Source of the DNA: Acinetobacter phage vB_AbaM_14/CRR8
Sequence record: PV611675.1
Length of the DNA: 64,000 nt
Reading direction: 5' to 3' (one strand)
In this document: one piece after another, positions 1 to 10,469 of the stretch
Layout of the letters: each line of letters starts with the position of its first letter
How positions within the stretch are numbered: position 1 is the first letter of the stretch
Translations under genes and position numbers: made by a program
The notes under the pieces: generated by a model
The model's input: only the letters and a program-made list of their open reading frames with translations
Database searches by the model: none
Told to the model about the DNA's origin: nothing

Positions 1-110
1 GTGAGTTAATTAACAACCTAAATGGTGCTGCTAAGATGCCACGTGAGACTTTAGAGTTTATCCAAGCTTTAGGCTTCACTGTTGACGAAACTCGTGTAGC
101 AGCTTACTAA
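1..110 (+). CDS. C-terminal fragment of an upstream structural gene (possibly tail sheath)
   Basis: A frame is open from the window edge to TAA at 108-110, immediately before the RBS (AAGGAG) of the next gene; it lies just upstream of the tube/chaperone/tape-measure genes. Confidence 0.3.
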   Translation, partial: ELINNLNGAAKMPRETLEFIQALGFTVDETRVAAY

Positions 111-120
111 GGAGTAGCAA

Positions 121-690
121 ATGAGCGTTTCAGTTTTAGACCCATCTAAGTTAAGTTTAACTGTGCTTGGATGTCAAGTCGAGGGTTTCTCCAAAGGCTC
201 ATTTGTGTCAGTGGAGAAAACAGACCCGACATTTTCAACTAGGACCTCTCTCAAGGGGTCCAAGTTAGCTGGAAGAAATAAATTCAAGGATTATACCTTG
301 ACATTCAGTTTAGATAATACCGCTGGGGCTAATATTTGGCTTCATGCTATATACAAGATTCAAGAGGCATATGGGGTTATCTTCCCAGTCCCAGTAATCT
401 ACAAAGATTTAAATGGTACAAGTTCATTCTTCTGCCCTGCTGTTATTATCCAAGAGCCTAGGTTAGAGCAAGGTAGTGAGGTATTCCCTACAGAATGGAC
501 ATTCATTTGTCCTAGAGGAGCCAGTACTATTGGTGGAAGTAATATCGACTCTAAAGTCTCAGACATTCTTTCAACAGTATCTGCACTCATTCAAGCTGCC
601 AGTCTTTTAGATATCAACGTTTCAGAGATTTCAAGTATTGCCAATAAAATTCGAGATAGGGCTACTTCAACATGGAGGAATTTATTTTGA
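121..690 (+). CDS. putative tail tube protein
   Basis: 189-aa ORF with an AAGGAG RBS; first complete gene of a sheath-tube-chaperone-TMP order typical of contractile tails. Confidence 0.35.
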   Translation: MSVSVLDPSKLSLTVLGCQVEGFSKGSFVSVEKTDPTFSTRTSLKGSKLAGRNKFKDYTLTFSLDNTAGANIWLHAIYKIQEAYGVIFPVPVIYKDLNGTSSFFCPAVIIQEPRLEQGSEVFPTEWTFICPRGASTIGGSNIDSKVSDILSTVSALIQAASLLDINVSEISSIANKIRDRATSTWRNLF

Positions 691-1124
691 ACTTTGATTT
701 GATTGATAAGATTTTGCAGAAGGTTGGCTTCTACAACTTTGATCCATCTGATGTTGATTTCGTCGTTGCTGGGTATAGCATGACAGACTTCACAAGGTTA
801 AGTATTACACCTACTCAAAAAAGGATCACTATTCAGGGTATTGATAAACTCTATCACACTTACGTCAAAGTTCCACACTACTACAAGATTTCATTTGACC
901 TACTTCCAGTGTGTAAGGATGTACAGGTTATGGAAGAGCTTAGTATGGTTCTAGATGAATTGGGTGGTGGCTTCGAAGTCATTATCAAAAGCAATGGTAG
1001 ATTCGTCGGTAATTTTAGGTGTTACTTCGAAGCAGACTCAGCTGACATGTTTACAGAAGAGGCTACAGACAAAACATACGAGATGGTGGCAGTGAAGATT
1101 TCTGAAGGTATCAGACAAGCATAA
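687..1124 (+). CDS. hypothetical tail-module protein
   Basis: ORF with a TTG start overlapping the upstream stop (TTGA) and GGAGG 7 nt upstream; alternative ATG at 672. Confidence 0.3.
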   Translation: MNFDLIDKILQKVGFYNFDPSDVDFVVAGYSMTDFTRLSITPTQKRITIQGIDKLYHTYVKVPHYYKISFDLLPVCKDVQVMEELSMVLDELGGGFEVIIKSNGRFVGNFRCYFEADSADMFTEEATDKTYEMVAVKISEGIRQA

Positions 1125-1137
1125 CAGGAGAATTAAT

Positions 1138-1623
1138 ATGAGTTTTGGTTTAAACCCAAAGGTTAGGGATTTTGAGGGTAAAGACGGACAGCGTGTTGTC
1201 AATTACGATGATGGTGCTCGTATTTACTCGATTAAGCCGTTCAAAGGTAAGAAAGGTACTATCGCAGCTGCCAAGTTAACAAAGTACGTTTCTGAGTCAT
1301 TTGGTGGCGTTCTGGTTGGTGTTCTTGATCAGATCGATGGTGGTACGGATGTTGAGAAACTTGATGCTGTAGGATTCATGATTTCTGGCATTCTAGATGG
1401 AGCTTTTAAGAGCCTTGATGATCCACAACTTCACGAGTTCTACTTCTCATTGTTCGATGAAGTTTACCGTGATGGTCAGCGCATTGAATATGATGATGAG
1501 TTCAAGCTTGAGCAAGAGTATGCAATTGACTTAGTAAGACACATCGTTACATACAACTTTAAATCGGTTTTTCAGCGTCTCGGTATCGCTGCGCTCTTAA
1601 AGAAAAAGGTGTCGGAAGAGTAA
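1138..1623 (+). CDS. tail assembly chaperone (gpG-like)
   Basis: 161-aa acidic protein immediately upstream of the tape measure gene; GGAG RBS; ends in a Lys-rich AAG-AAA-AAG tract. Confidence 0.45.
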   Translation: MSFGLNPKVRDFEGKDGQRVVNYDDGARIYSIKPFKGKKGTIAAAKLTKYVSESFGGVLVGVLDQIDGGTDVEKLDAVGFMISGILDGAFKSLDDPQLHEFYFSLFDEVYRDGQRIEYDDEFKLEQEYAIDLVRHIVTYNFKSVFQRLGIAALLKKKVSEE

Positions 1624-1847
1624 GCGATTCGAGGGTAAACAACAAAGAGTTTGAGAGATTAGAAAAATCTGTCTCTCTACCTACAGAGTGGATTCACATT
1701 TTAATGGCTGAGCCTCCTCTACTCTCACTTGAATACCTTATCAATGAAGCCACCATCACTGATGTATATGATGCATTAGAGATGATGGAAGTCAAAAAAT
1801 ACATGAAGATTGAATCGGAGAAATTTAATAATGACGACAAAGGTTGA
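1138..1847 (+). CDS. tail assembly chaperone, predicted -1 frameshift extension product (gpGT-like)
   Basis: The -1 frame is open from the G-AAA-AAG tract (1602-1608) for about 80 codons through the 'intergenic' gap to TGA at 1845-1847, overlapping the TMP start; this is the arrangement conserved in tailed phages. Confidence 0.35.
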
Positions 1848-3825
1848 AGTAGCTAAGTTTCTCTCTGTATTTGGCTTTGAGATTGATACGGCTCAACTAG
1901 AAAAGTTTGATGCTTTAACACGAGGTGTTAGGGCTTCAACAGTTAAATTAGCTCGTGATTTAAGAGCTACAAACACTCAACTTACTCAGGTATCATCTAA
2001 GTTAAAGTCTGTAAATAATGGACTTAATTCAGTTAACTCACGTAAGGGTACTAATAGTTTAGCTGGTGGTTATGCCAGTTTATCAAGAAACGTAAATGTG
2101 GCTCAAACTTCTTTAGTAAGGATGAACACAACAGTTTCAAATATTGAGCCTAAATTAACTCAGCAAGCTGTTACAGTTGCCAACCTTGCAAGGTCTTGGG
2201 GTCATTACTCTCGTGAAGTTAGACGTGCCAATGAAGATTTAAGAAACAGACCTACACATGTAACTCCTGTAAGACCTTCTAGGGCTGGGTTTGCTACAGG
2301 TGCTGTCGCTGGAGCTGCTGCAAGTAGTGGTAGAGGTGGAGGTGCTGGGGCTGGACTTTTAGGAGGCATGGTAGGTAGATTCGCTGGCAACTTTGCCCCT
2401 TCTGCTGCTTTAGCTGGTGGTGCAGTAACTGCTGGTTATGCTGCCAAAGAGTTGATTCAAGTTGGTCGTGAATATCGTAAGATGAGACAGGTATTACTTG
2501 CCTCTTCTGATTCTCAAGCTGAGTTCAACAGAAACTTAGATTATGCAGAGAAAGTGACAAACAGATTAGGTACTAACGTAATCGAGTTTGGTTCTGCTTA
2601 TGCTAAAACACTACAAGCTGCCAAAGGTAAGCTTACACTAGATCAGACAGAAAAGCTATTCGAACAATTCTCAGAGTTGATGGTAGTTTTAGGTTCTAGT
2701 GATGACGACCAGAAAGGTATCTTCCGAGCAATGTCACAGATGTTCTCGAAAGGTAAAATCCAGATGGAAGAGGTCAACCAGATGGCTGAACGTAACGTTC
2801 CAGCTCTGGCTATGTTGACACGAGCATATAAAGAACTTGGTATGACTCAGGATGAGTTTGAGAAAGCACAGAGGGAAGGTAAATTAGACCCTACCAAGTT
2901 CTTGCCACTATTTGGTAAATATGCTAGTGAGTTCGCTAGAAACAACGATGCCTTAAACAAAGCATTACAATCTAGTGTTACACAACAAGGTATCTTCATG
3001 AACCAAATGAGGAAACTTGCTGACCAAATCATGGAAGCTGGTTTAGATAAGTTACTTGGTCAAATGTTCCAAGGATTAACTAAATTAGGTACTGCTCTTA
3101 CACCACTAGTTATGTGGCTTGTTAAAGTAACTCTAGGATTTGTTGAGTTCACTAAAGCTATGGTTGACTGGTCTAAAGAACATCCGATTATCGCTGGTAT
3201 GTTACTTGGATTGATCGGTGGATTCATCGGCTTAGGTAAAGCAATGAGAGCTGGTGTTCCTTTAGCTTTGGCACTGTTTGGTGTTCTTATTAAAGGTTTA
3301 GCTGGACTTAAAGTTGCTCTGATCCGTACTGGTATCTTAGCTATTTTCGTTGCTGTCGGTGAAGTATTAGCTGCCCTTTATGAGCATATGAATGGTGAGA
3401 ATAACTGGTTGTCTGTAACTATCGCTTACTTATCGTTGTTTGGTGAAAACCTTAAGAACGTCTATGAAAACTTCATGATACTTATGGCAGCGATTAGAAG
3501 AGGTATTGGAGATAGCTTAATTGGTGAGTTCTTCTCTAAGTTATTCAACTTTGATTTTAGTACAGCATTTAATGGACCTAACTCTGGACAGAATTCTGGT
3601 AGGCCACAGTTATCACCTGTAGGTAGTACATTGGCTCAACAGAATCAAGCAGCGGAAAACTTAAGGAATAATACTGCACCTTATCAGAAGAGTTTACCTG
3701 CTCCAGCTAAGCCAGCCTTCTATGGCAGCTTTGATGCCAAGTATACTCTTGATGTTAAGAGTGGCAATCAAATCTTCTCTCAATCGAAGACACAAACCAT
3801 CAACTTAGGAGGATTGCAAAAATGA
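1831..3825 (+). CDS. tail tape measure protein
   Basis: 664 aa, long helical regions, Gly/Ala-rich low-complexity segment (GAVAGAAASSGRGGGAGAGLLGG), hydrophobic segments, position after the chaperone; ATG 1831 with GGAG RBS (track lists TTG 1810). Confidence 0.75.
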   Translation: MTTKVEVAKFLSVFGFEIDTAQLEKFDALTRGVRASTVKLARDLRATNTQLTQVSSKLKSVNNGLNSVNSRKGTNSLAGGYASLSRNVNVAQTSLVRMNTTVSNIEPKLTQQAVTVANLARSWGHYSREVRRANEDLRNRPTHVTPVRPSRAGFATGAVAGAAASSGRGGGAGAGLLGGMVGRFAGNFAPSAALAGGAVTAGYAAKELIQVGREYRKMRQVLLASSDSQAEFNRNLDYAEKVTNRLGTNVIEFGSAYAKTLQAAKGKLTLDQTEKLFEQFSELMVVLGSSDDDQKGIFRAMSQMFSKGKIQMEEVNQMAERNVPALAMLTRAYKELGMTQDEFEKAQREGKLDPTKFLPLFGKYASEFARNNDALNKALQSSVTQQGIFMNQMRKLADQIMEAGLDKLLGQMFQGLTKLGTALTPLVMWLVKVTLGFVEFTKAMVDWSKEHPIIAGMLLGLIGGFIGLGKAMRAGVPLALALFGVLIKGLAGLKVALIRTGILAIFVAVGEVLAALYEHMNGENNWLSVTIAYLSLFGENLKNVYENFMILMAAIRRGIGDSLIGEFFSKLFNFDFSTAFNGPNSGQNSGRPQLSPVGSTLAQQNQAAENLRNNTAPYQKSLPAPAKPAFYGSFDAKYTLDVKSGNQIFSQSKTQTINLGGLQK

Positions 3826-4763
3826 TTTATTCCTTAGTAATCCTCAATGAGAAGGGTGAAATTCAGGAAACAATCTCTTTTGACGCTATTACAAGATTTA
3901 CCAAAGGTATGTCTTCTAGCGTCTCGCAGAGTCCTGTCGAAGAGGGTTTCAGTGTTTCAGATCACGTAACCAAGGGCAACACAAAATTCTCTATTAGTGC
4001 TGTCGTTTCAGATTCATTATTTATGAGGAAAGGGGCAACCTTGCAATATGTCAATGGTAGATTTGTGAGGTTGTATGAGGATGTTGACCCTATCACAGAT
4101 GAATCTCCTTCCAAGGCTATGCAAGCTAGACTTGAAGCCATTTGGGAGAAGAGTGAAATCTTTGGATTATTTGAGTCAAAAACCTCTTCTGAAACTAACG
4201 TTGTTAACCTGATTTACCCTTGTGTCTTAACAGACTTAAGCTTTGAAGAGACGGATGGTTCTGAAGCGGTCTATCCGAATATGACATTCGAAAAGATCAG
4301 AGTCACGAAAGTTGAGACTACAGTTGTTGAGAACCCATCACCTCACTTAATCCCTTATGTTAAGACAAGTAATGCTGGTAATCAAACTGGAGCCACTGGA
4401 GTTGCAGAATTGAGTGGTACAAAGGTTGATGATACGGACTTGATCAAACAAGCCAAAGAGGGTAATAAAGACTTGGTGCAAAAGGTTGTCCCTAAAGAGA
4501 AATCTTGGGCTGACAATAAAGTTGCTGAGATCAATAAGAGACGTGATGAAATGAGGTATACCAATGAAGCTGAGCGTAAGTTCAGGGAAGGCTATAGTAG
4601 CGGAAGGTATAACTTCAACCAGAAAGGCGAGTACACCAAAGCTTATGTTGACACAGCTATGAAGAAGCAGTATGGCGCTGGATGGCAGACAACTTCTGGT
4701 TCACCTAAAGCTCCAGTTACATCTACTGTTGCTGGTGGCGGTACTTGGAATCAAAAACAATGA
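3822..4763 (+). CDS. tail/baseplate protein (position of Mu gpN / P2 gpU-like)
   Basis: ATGA overlap with TMP stop; gene order. Confidence 0.3.
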   Translation: MIYSLVILNEKGEIQETISFDAITRFTKGMSSSVSQSPVEEGFSVSDHVTKGNTKFSISAVVSDSLFMRKGATLQYVNGRFVRLYEDVDPITDESPSKAMQARLEAIWEKSEIFGLFESKTSSETNVVNLIYPCVLTDLSFEETDGSEAVYPNMTFEKIRVTKVETTVVENPSPHLIPYVKTSNAGNQTGATGVAELSGTKVDDTDLIKQAKEGNKDLVQKVVPKEKSWADNKVAEINKRRDEMRYTNEAERKFREGYSSGRYNFNQKGEYTKAYVDTAMKKQYGAGWQTTSGSPKAPVTSTVAGGGTWNQKQ

Positions 4764-5098
4764 GTTCATATTTCAATTATGCGTGGGTAGAGTTGCAAGA
4801 CCTACCTACTTACACATTCTTTGCCTCTTGTTTTGAGAAGACTCTTACGTTTAAGGTCACTTGGATTGAGAGGATAAAAAGACGAGCAATTTCTGTAGTA
4901 GGTAGTGACGGCACTGTCTACTTACAAAACACAGTTATATCTCTTAATGAGCCTCTGGATTTTAATATGAATGCTGTTAGTGATGGTTACGAATGTAGCT
5001 TGATCTTGCAGAAGGACCCAGAGTCTTCTAAAGAGATTGATTACTACAATTGGTCAAAGTCGATGTACTTGACTGTCTTTAGGATTACGGAGGATTGA
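4760..5098 (+). CDS. hypothetical tail protein
   Basis: ATGA-coupled ORF in the tail module. Confidence 0.25.
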   Translation: MSSYFNYAWVELQDLPTYTFFASCFEKTLTFKVTWIERIKRRAISVVGSDGTVYLQNTVISLNEPLDFNMNAVSDGYECSLILQKDPESSKEIDYYNWSKSMYLTVFRITED

Positions 5099-5099
5099 T

Positions 5100-6380
5100 A
5101 TGATCGGTGATGATATCCAATGGGGTAGATATGCAGAGGTGACATTTACCAACTTCAATACTGGTGTCGTCACTTCTATCAAAAGTAGTCAGATTGACAA
5201 TAACAACAATGTTATCGGTGATGGGTTGAGGATCACATTTGAATACACCAAGAATGATGATGAAGGCAACAACTCACCGAACGGTAAGATTGTTATCTAT
5301 GGTTTAACAGAGATGACCTTCAAAAACCTTGGTGAACGGATGAAGGCTGAAGTTGAACTGAAAGCTGGATACCTTAGATCAAAAAGAAATTCACCAAGGC
5401 AGTTATTCTATGCTGTATTAATGGATAAGACTTATGAGTTACAAGGTGGCACAAGTGTTACTACAATCACCGTTCTTGGAGACTTCATTAACAAGAATGT
5501 TGGAACTCAGATGTCAATGAACCTACCTAAACCAACGATGGCAATGATCATGGCATCTATTGCTGAGGCAATGGGTAAGGGTATGGCCCTATACCTTAAC
5601 AGTCCAAACGAAAATGACAACTTAATGGTTGCCGAATATTTTGAAAAGTGGGTTGTCTCTCCATATGGGTATTCATTCTCAAGTACACCACAACAGGAAT
5701 TGAAACGACTTAGAGATGCATATGGTATCACATATCGAGTTGAGAAGGATATGGTGGTGTACGGTATCTTGGATAAGGCTTATCAATGGCACTTGGATGG
5801 TGCTAGGCAAATCTCAGAAAATGAAAGACGTATAGCTGAAACAGCTTTAGTCGCTGAGAATAAAATTGCACAGCAAGTTGTAGAGCCTAAACCTATACCA
5901 CAGAAAGAAGTCAAAATTGATTTGTTAAGCACACATGCTCTCGTATTGTCATCTGCAACTGGTCTGATTGGATCACCTGTTCTTGTTAACAAGATTGAAG
6001 ATAAGAACTACAGCGAAGGGTTAGCTGAAGGTGAAGAAGTTTGGGAGAAAAAATACTCCAAACCTTTGATTGATAAAAAGACTGGTAAGGCTCGTGTAGA
6101 CAAGAAGACGGGTAAAGTTAAGATGTCTAAGACTCCTAAGAAATATAAGGTTTCTAGACAGACAGTTGAGGCAAGGTGTTTTATTAATGCAAGCTTAAAT
6201 TTCGACTGTCAAGTATCAATTGTGACACCTTCTGGTATTACGGATGGCGTGTATAGGATCAGAAACTTGAAAATTAGTGGAGATACCGATGCCAGTGGAC
6301 CTTGGTATATGGATACTGAGTTAAACGGTGAAGGTTACTCAAGTAAAGACTTACAGAATTTAGGAAAATCAAATGGATGA
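5100..6380 (+). CDS. baseplate hub / tail protein (P2 gpD / Mu gpP-like)
   Basis: 426 aa, follows TMP-proximal genes, translationally coupled; size and order fit gpD-like hub proteins. Confidence 0.35.
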   Translation: MIGDDIQWGRYAEVTFTNFNTGVVTSIKSSQIDNNNNVIGDGLRITFEYTKNDDEGNNSPNGKIVIYGLTEMTFKNLGERMKAEVELKAGYLRSKRNSPRQLFYAVLMDKTYELQGGTSVTTITVLGDFINKNVGTQMSMNLPKPTMAMIMASIAEAMGKGMALYLNSPNENDNLMVAEYFEKWVVSPYGYSFSSTPQQELKRLRDAYGITYRVEKDMVVYGILDKAYQWHLDGARQISENERRIAETALVAENKIAQQVVEPKPIPQKEVKIDLLSTHALVLSSATGLIGSPVLVNKIEDKNYSEGLAEGEEVWEKKYSKPLIDKKTGKARVDKKTGKVKMSKTPKKYKVSRQTVEARCFINASLNFDCQVSIVTPSGITDGVYRIRNLKISGDTDASGPWYMDTELNGEGYSSKDLQNLGKSNG

Positions 6381-7137
6381 AGTAATCACATTACAACTTA
6401 ATAATGAAGTTGTTGAAAGTGGTTCAAGTGAAGAAATTCATTTGGAGCCTATCTTAAACAACTTCATGGACGACTATATGAGGGAGTTAAAATTCTGTCT
6501 AGTCGGTAGGATTGTTAACGTTCAACACGCTGAAGAATTGAGAGTCGATGTACAACCTTTAAATATGCCTAAGTACAATGATGGTACAACAAAGAAGATG
6601 CCATTGATTACGAACATTCCAATGTTTTGTTATGGTACAGAAAACAGTGCTGTTCTGTTCACGCCAAAGCAAGGTCAAACTGTTATGGTCTTATTCTCCC
6701 AATTAAGTCTAGATGAATTTAAAGGTGGCAGTACAGAGCCTTATGAAGCTAGAAGTAATAGGAAGATGGATGGTCAAGATGCTATTGCATTGCCAAGTAT
6801 ATTTCCATTTAACAGAAGTCCGAATAACAAATTGGCTCACTTCACAGAACACTCACTAGATGATTTAACTGTAGTACATAACTTAGGTACATCTCGTGAA
6901 AATAAGGTGATCTTAAAAAGGGATGGTAGCCTTCAAATTAATAGCCCTAAGTCAGTTGATATTGATGCACCTGTCACCAACGTTTCAAAAGACTTAAATG
7001 TTAAAGGGCTGTTGAACGTAGGTATTGATGTGAAGATCGCTGGACGTAGTGTTAAGACATTTATGGAAACTCATAGCCATAACTATACAGACGATGGTAA
7101 TCCAATGGTTACTGCACCGCCTAATCCAACAGCATAG
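6373..7137 (+). CDS. baseplate assembly protein V-like (spike)
   Basis: Position before gpW/gpJ-like genes; N-terminal OB-fold-like region (FCLVGRIVNVQHAEELRVDVQP). Confidence 0.45.
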   Translation: MDEVITLQLNNEVVESGSSEEIHLEPILNNFMDDYMRELKFCLVGRIVNVQHAEELRVDVQPLNMPKYNDGTTKKMPLITNIPMFCYGTENSAVLFTPKQGQTVMVLFSQLSLDEFKGGSTEPYEARSNRKMDGQDAIALPSIFPFNRSPNNKLAHFTEHSLDDLTVVHNLGTSRENKVILKRDGSLQINSPKSVDIDAPVTNVSKDLNVKGLLNVGIDVKIAGRSVKTFMETHSHNYTDDGNPMVTAPPNPTA

Positions 7138-7146
7138 GAGACTCAT

Positions 7147-7530
7147 ATGGACATTTTAATGCAAGGAGGTGCTACTGCACTAGTTGGCGGTAAACTATTG
7201 CTTACAGCTTCACGTGGGGCCTCTCTAGCACAAAGATTAGTTATTCGATTGAATACATTCTTAGGTTCTTGGTTTTTGAACGAGAACCTTGGTATTGACT
7301 ACTTTAATAAAGTATTCGAAAAGACAATTCCTAAATCCTCAATTGATGCAACCTTTCAAACAGCAATTTATGCAGATAACAGGGTTGAAACAATTACTCA
7401 TTTCAGTAGCCATGTGAAAGCTAACATATACCACATGGAATTCAAAGTAAAGGCCAGAGATGGTGTCGTGAGTGATATGGTAGATGTAACAGTCACAAAT
7501 AATGGTATTACGATTAATGTTGGAGCTTAA
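7147..7530 (+). CDS. baseplate protein gpW/gp25-like
   Basis: 127 aa between gpV-like and gpJ-like genes; AGGAG RBS. Confidence 0.4.
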   Translation: MDILMQGGATALVGGKLLLTASRGASLAQRLVIRLNTFLGSWFLNENLGIDYFNKVFEKTIPKSSIDATFQTAIYADNRVETITHFSSHVKANIYHMEFKVKARDGVVSDMVDVTVTNNGITINVGA

Positions 7531-7532
7531 AT

Positions 7533-8975
7533 ATGGCAGTTTTAAATGACAAGGGTGTAGAAATCCAGAAATTGGACGGCATCCTAAAAGAATTACAAGA
7601 TATTGCTAGACGTAGGTTTGCAGACTTAATCAAACCTGACGACGAGCTAGATGTTAGTGAAGTTTCTATCTTAGGTAGAATATTAGCTACAGTGGCTGAG
7701 CCTGAAGCATTCAATGAAGAACTCCTTTTGATGTTATGGCAGTCACTTGACCCAGAACAAGCTGAAGGTATTTTCCTAGACAAGATTCTTGGATTGTCTG
7801 GCATCTTCCGTAAGAATGAAATCAGCGGATTCTCTGGCCTCATCCTTGAAGGTAACATCGGTGTAACAGTACCAGAAAGAAGTTTAGTTTCTAGTACAAT
7901 CACAGGTGACGTATTCGAGACTACAAACGATGTAGTGTTTGGTTTAGAGAATGCTTGTGGTGTTGTTCTACAGATTCCAAATACTACACCAGATCAGACA
8001 TATTCTCTTGGTTACACAGGTACTTATGGTCAAAATAAGTTTCCAACAATCTCATCAAGAAGTGTTGCTGGCGACACCAAGAATATGATCGCTAGACGTT
8101 TCGCTGAAACTGTAAATAGCTCATCAACTCTTCTATACGCTACTGTGGATAATGACGATAACGTTGTTGTTCGATTCCTTAACCTAAACACTGTAGGTTA
8201 CTTTAGTTTAACTGGGAGTTCGTTTAAAGCCATTAAATCATTCATGCCAGTTTCTAGCATCTCAGTAACTGCTGATGCTGGAGTACAAGCTGCTGATACA
8301 TTAACGGTGATGCAAACTCCTGTAATTGGTTGGGTAGGTGTTACTAATCCGTTTGACTCGATTGCTAGTGAACCTAAAGAGGATGACTCTACATTCAGAA
8401 CTAGAGGTAGAATTTCTAAAGCTATGAAGTCTACTGGTAATAGGGTATCTCTTTACACAGAACTCTATTCATTGAATGGTGTCAGATATGTAAACGTACA
8501 GGAAAACATCTATGATAACACAATTAACGGCATTACACCAAAAGGTATTGCTGTTGTTGTATTGGGTGGAGATGATCAAGAAATTGCAGATGTGATCAAG
8601 AGAAACATACCAATTGGTTGTGTTACGAACGGTAATATCGTAGTCCCTATTGTAGATGGTGCAGGTACAGTAGACATTAAGTTTAGTAGACCTGAGTATG
8701 TACAGATCGAAATGAAGATCGGATTACAAACAAATTCAGCATTCCCACAAAATGGTAAGACATTGATTCAAGAAGCTATCGTGAGATACTTCGAGACATT
8801 AGAAGTTGGGGATGATGTTGAGTGGTCAAAACTATTCAATCCTATTAACGAGATTAGAGGACAAAGTGTTAATAGTTTACTTATTGGTGTTAAAGGTCAG
8901 CAACTAGCTACTGGAAACATCTTAATTAGCTACAACCAATTACCTATCATCTCATTTGAAGATATCGAAGTTTAA
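7533..8975 (+). CDS. baseplate J-like protein
   Basis: 480 aa, conserved position after gpW-like gene in Mu/P2-type baseplate cassettes. Confidence 0.5.
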   Translation: MAVLNDKGVEIQKLDGILKELQDIARRRFADLIKPDDELDVSEVSILGRILATVAEPEAFNEELLLMLWQSLDPEQAEGIFLDKILGLSGIFRKNEISGFSGLILEGNIGVTVPERSLVSSTITGDVFETTNDVVFGLENACGVVLQIPNTTPDQTYSLGYTGTYGQNKFPTISSRSVAGDTKNMIARRFAETVNSSSTLLYATVDNDDNVVVRFLNLNTVGYFSLTGSSFKAIKSFMPVSSISVTADAGVQAADTLTVMQTPVIGWVGVTNPFDSIASEPKEDDSTFRTRGRISKAMKSTGNRVSLYTELYSLNGVRYVNVQENIYDNTINGITPKGIAVVVLGGDDQEIADVIKRNIPIGCVTNGNIVVPIVDGAGTVDIKFSRPEYVQIEMKIGLQTNSAFPQNGKTLIQEAIVRYFETLEVGDDVEWSKLFNPINEIRGQSVNSLLIGVKGQQLATGNILISYNQLPIISFEDIEV

Positions 8976-8986
8976 GAGAGGTTCTT

Positions 8987-10462
8987 ATGGACAAGATTGA
9001 TTATGCATCTTTAGCAAAGTCAAGGTATACAAGCCAATTTGAGAAAGATAAGGTATATGATGCCATCATTCAAACTATCATTGAATACAAGCTTAAAACT
9101 CAAGATTTATATATCAATTTTGCTGAGACAATTCTCGATATTGACAAATCTACAGGAAAGAACTTGGACCTCATTGGTAATATTGTAGGTCAGCCAAGAA
9201 TATTGGTTGACTTCAGTATTGAGAAGTACTTCGGCTTCTTGGGTAATCCAAGAGCTGAACCTTACGATAAAGGTTTATGGTATGACATGTACAGCACTAA
9301 AGGTGCTGATTCAAGAGTACTTAATGATGAGGAATATAGAAGAATTATTAAGGCCAGAATTATTAGGAATAAGACAAACTGTAATCGTGAAGATTTCATT
9401 AAAATTTTAAATCTTATTCTTAATGTTGACCCTAATCAAACCTACAAAAACATTCTTTCTAACAGTAACTTTACATCACCTCTACTTACAGGCAATGCAA
9501 CATACACAGTTACCAAGGGTGTTACATTTAGCGATCCATCCCAAGTTGAGGTAACAAGTACATGGGTTGCACCAAACTTGATTACAAATGGCGCTCAAGA
9601 AGTTACTGGAGGCAGCGCATCACTCCCTGAGTATACACTTTGGAGACGTTCTGCCGAATTGAACTCAGCATACAGTAAAGGTGCTATTGATATCTCTTTT
9701 GATATCAAAGTGTCAAATGTAGGTAATGTCCAAGTTTATTCACAGAATAATACTCCAGATTGGTCATTCACTGTATTAACTAATGTTGATGTGGCAAACA
9801 CTTACGTTAGAAGGACTGTAAGAGTTACACCAACTAGGAATACAGCAAATAATACTGGACAGTCTTCTCTTGAATTCTATGGATTAGCCTCAACTGGTCG
9901 AGTGGTGACAGTTAAGAATGTTGTTATCCAATTAGTGTCTCAACTCACAACAACAATGAGTTTTAACACAAATGTTAAAGCTACTAAATTGGTATCTGGT
10001 AAAGCTTACTCTATCTCAATGAAGGTAGCAAGTAACACAGCAACCAATTCAATGAGTGTTACTGCGAAGGGTGCTAATACGAACGCTCAAAACATTATTG
10101 TATCTCAATCTATATCTAGTCGGGACCCGAAGAGTCCACAACAAATCAGAGTGAACTTTACATCTAATATCACAACTGATGTTGCAGATTTTACAGTGAT
10201 CTTCTCAGGGAAATCTGGAGATAAGTTTTGGGTTTCAGAAATGCAAGTTGTAGAGGGTTCGCAAACAACTACCCCACCTTGGAGTCCATCAAAGTATGAC
10301 TCGCCTAGATATTCTATTGGTAATCCTAGCCACGGGAACATTGATTTGACTGTCAATAATTATGCAGGGGATTTAGGTGTACACTTCCTATCTAACTTTG
10401 AGAAGACAGGTGACTTAATTCCTGTGCCACTAGGTTATAAGTTAAGCGTTTATATGCAATGA
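8987..10462 (+). CDS. baseplate wedge protein (gpI/DUF2313-like N-terminus) with C-terminal beta-rich extension
   Basis: Gene order V-W-J-I; the N-terminal ~190 aa resemble tail protein I family; C-terminal Thr/Ser/Asn-rich domain suggests a carbohydrate-binding module. Confidence 0.35.
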   Translation: MDKIDYASLAKSRYTSQFEKDKVYDAIIQTIIEYKLKTQDLYINFAETILDIDKSTGKNLDLIGNIVGQPRILVDFSIEKYFGFLGNPRAEPYDKGLWYDMYSTKGADSRVLNDEEYRRIIKARIIRNKTNCNREDFIKILNLILNVDPNQTYKNILSNSNFTSPLLTGNATYTVTKGVTFSDPSQVEVTSTWVAPNLITNGAQEVTGGSASLPEYTLWRRSAELNSAYSKGAIDISFDIKVSNVGNVQVYSQNNTPDWSFTVLTNVDVANTYVRRTVRVTPTRNTANNTGQSSLEFYGLASTGRVVTVKNVVIQLVSQLTTTMSFNTNVKATKLVSGKAYSISMKVASNTATNSMSVTAKGANTNAQNIIVSQSISSRDPKSPQQIRVNFTSNITTDVADFTVIFSGKSGDKFWVSEMQVVEGSQTTTPPWSPSKYDSPRYSIGNPSHGNIDLTVNNYAGDLGVHFLSNFEKTGDLIPVPLGYKLSVYMQ

Positions 10463-10469
10463 GGTTAAG

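Noticed and set aside
2205-2390. Antisense and alternative-frame ORFs inside large genes (for example 2205-2390-, 21470-21862-, 21805-22164+, 52607-52897+, 53346-53684-)
   Set aside because: Fully embedded in well-supported CDS, lacking RBS, low-complexity composition (poly-Ser/Met/Arg) typical of out-of-frame reading of acidic or Gly-rich regions.
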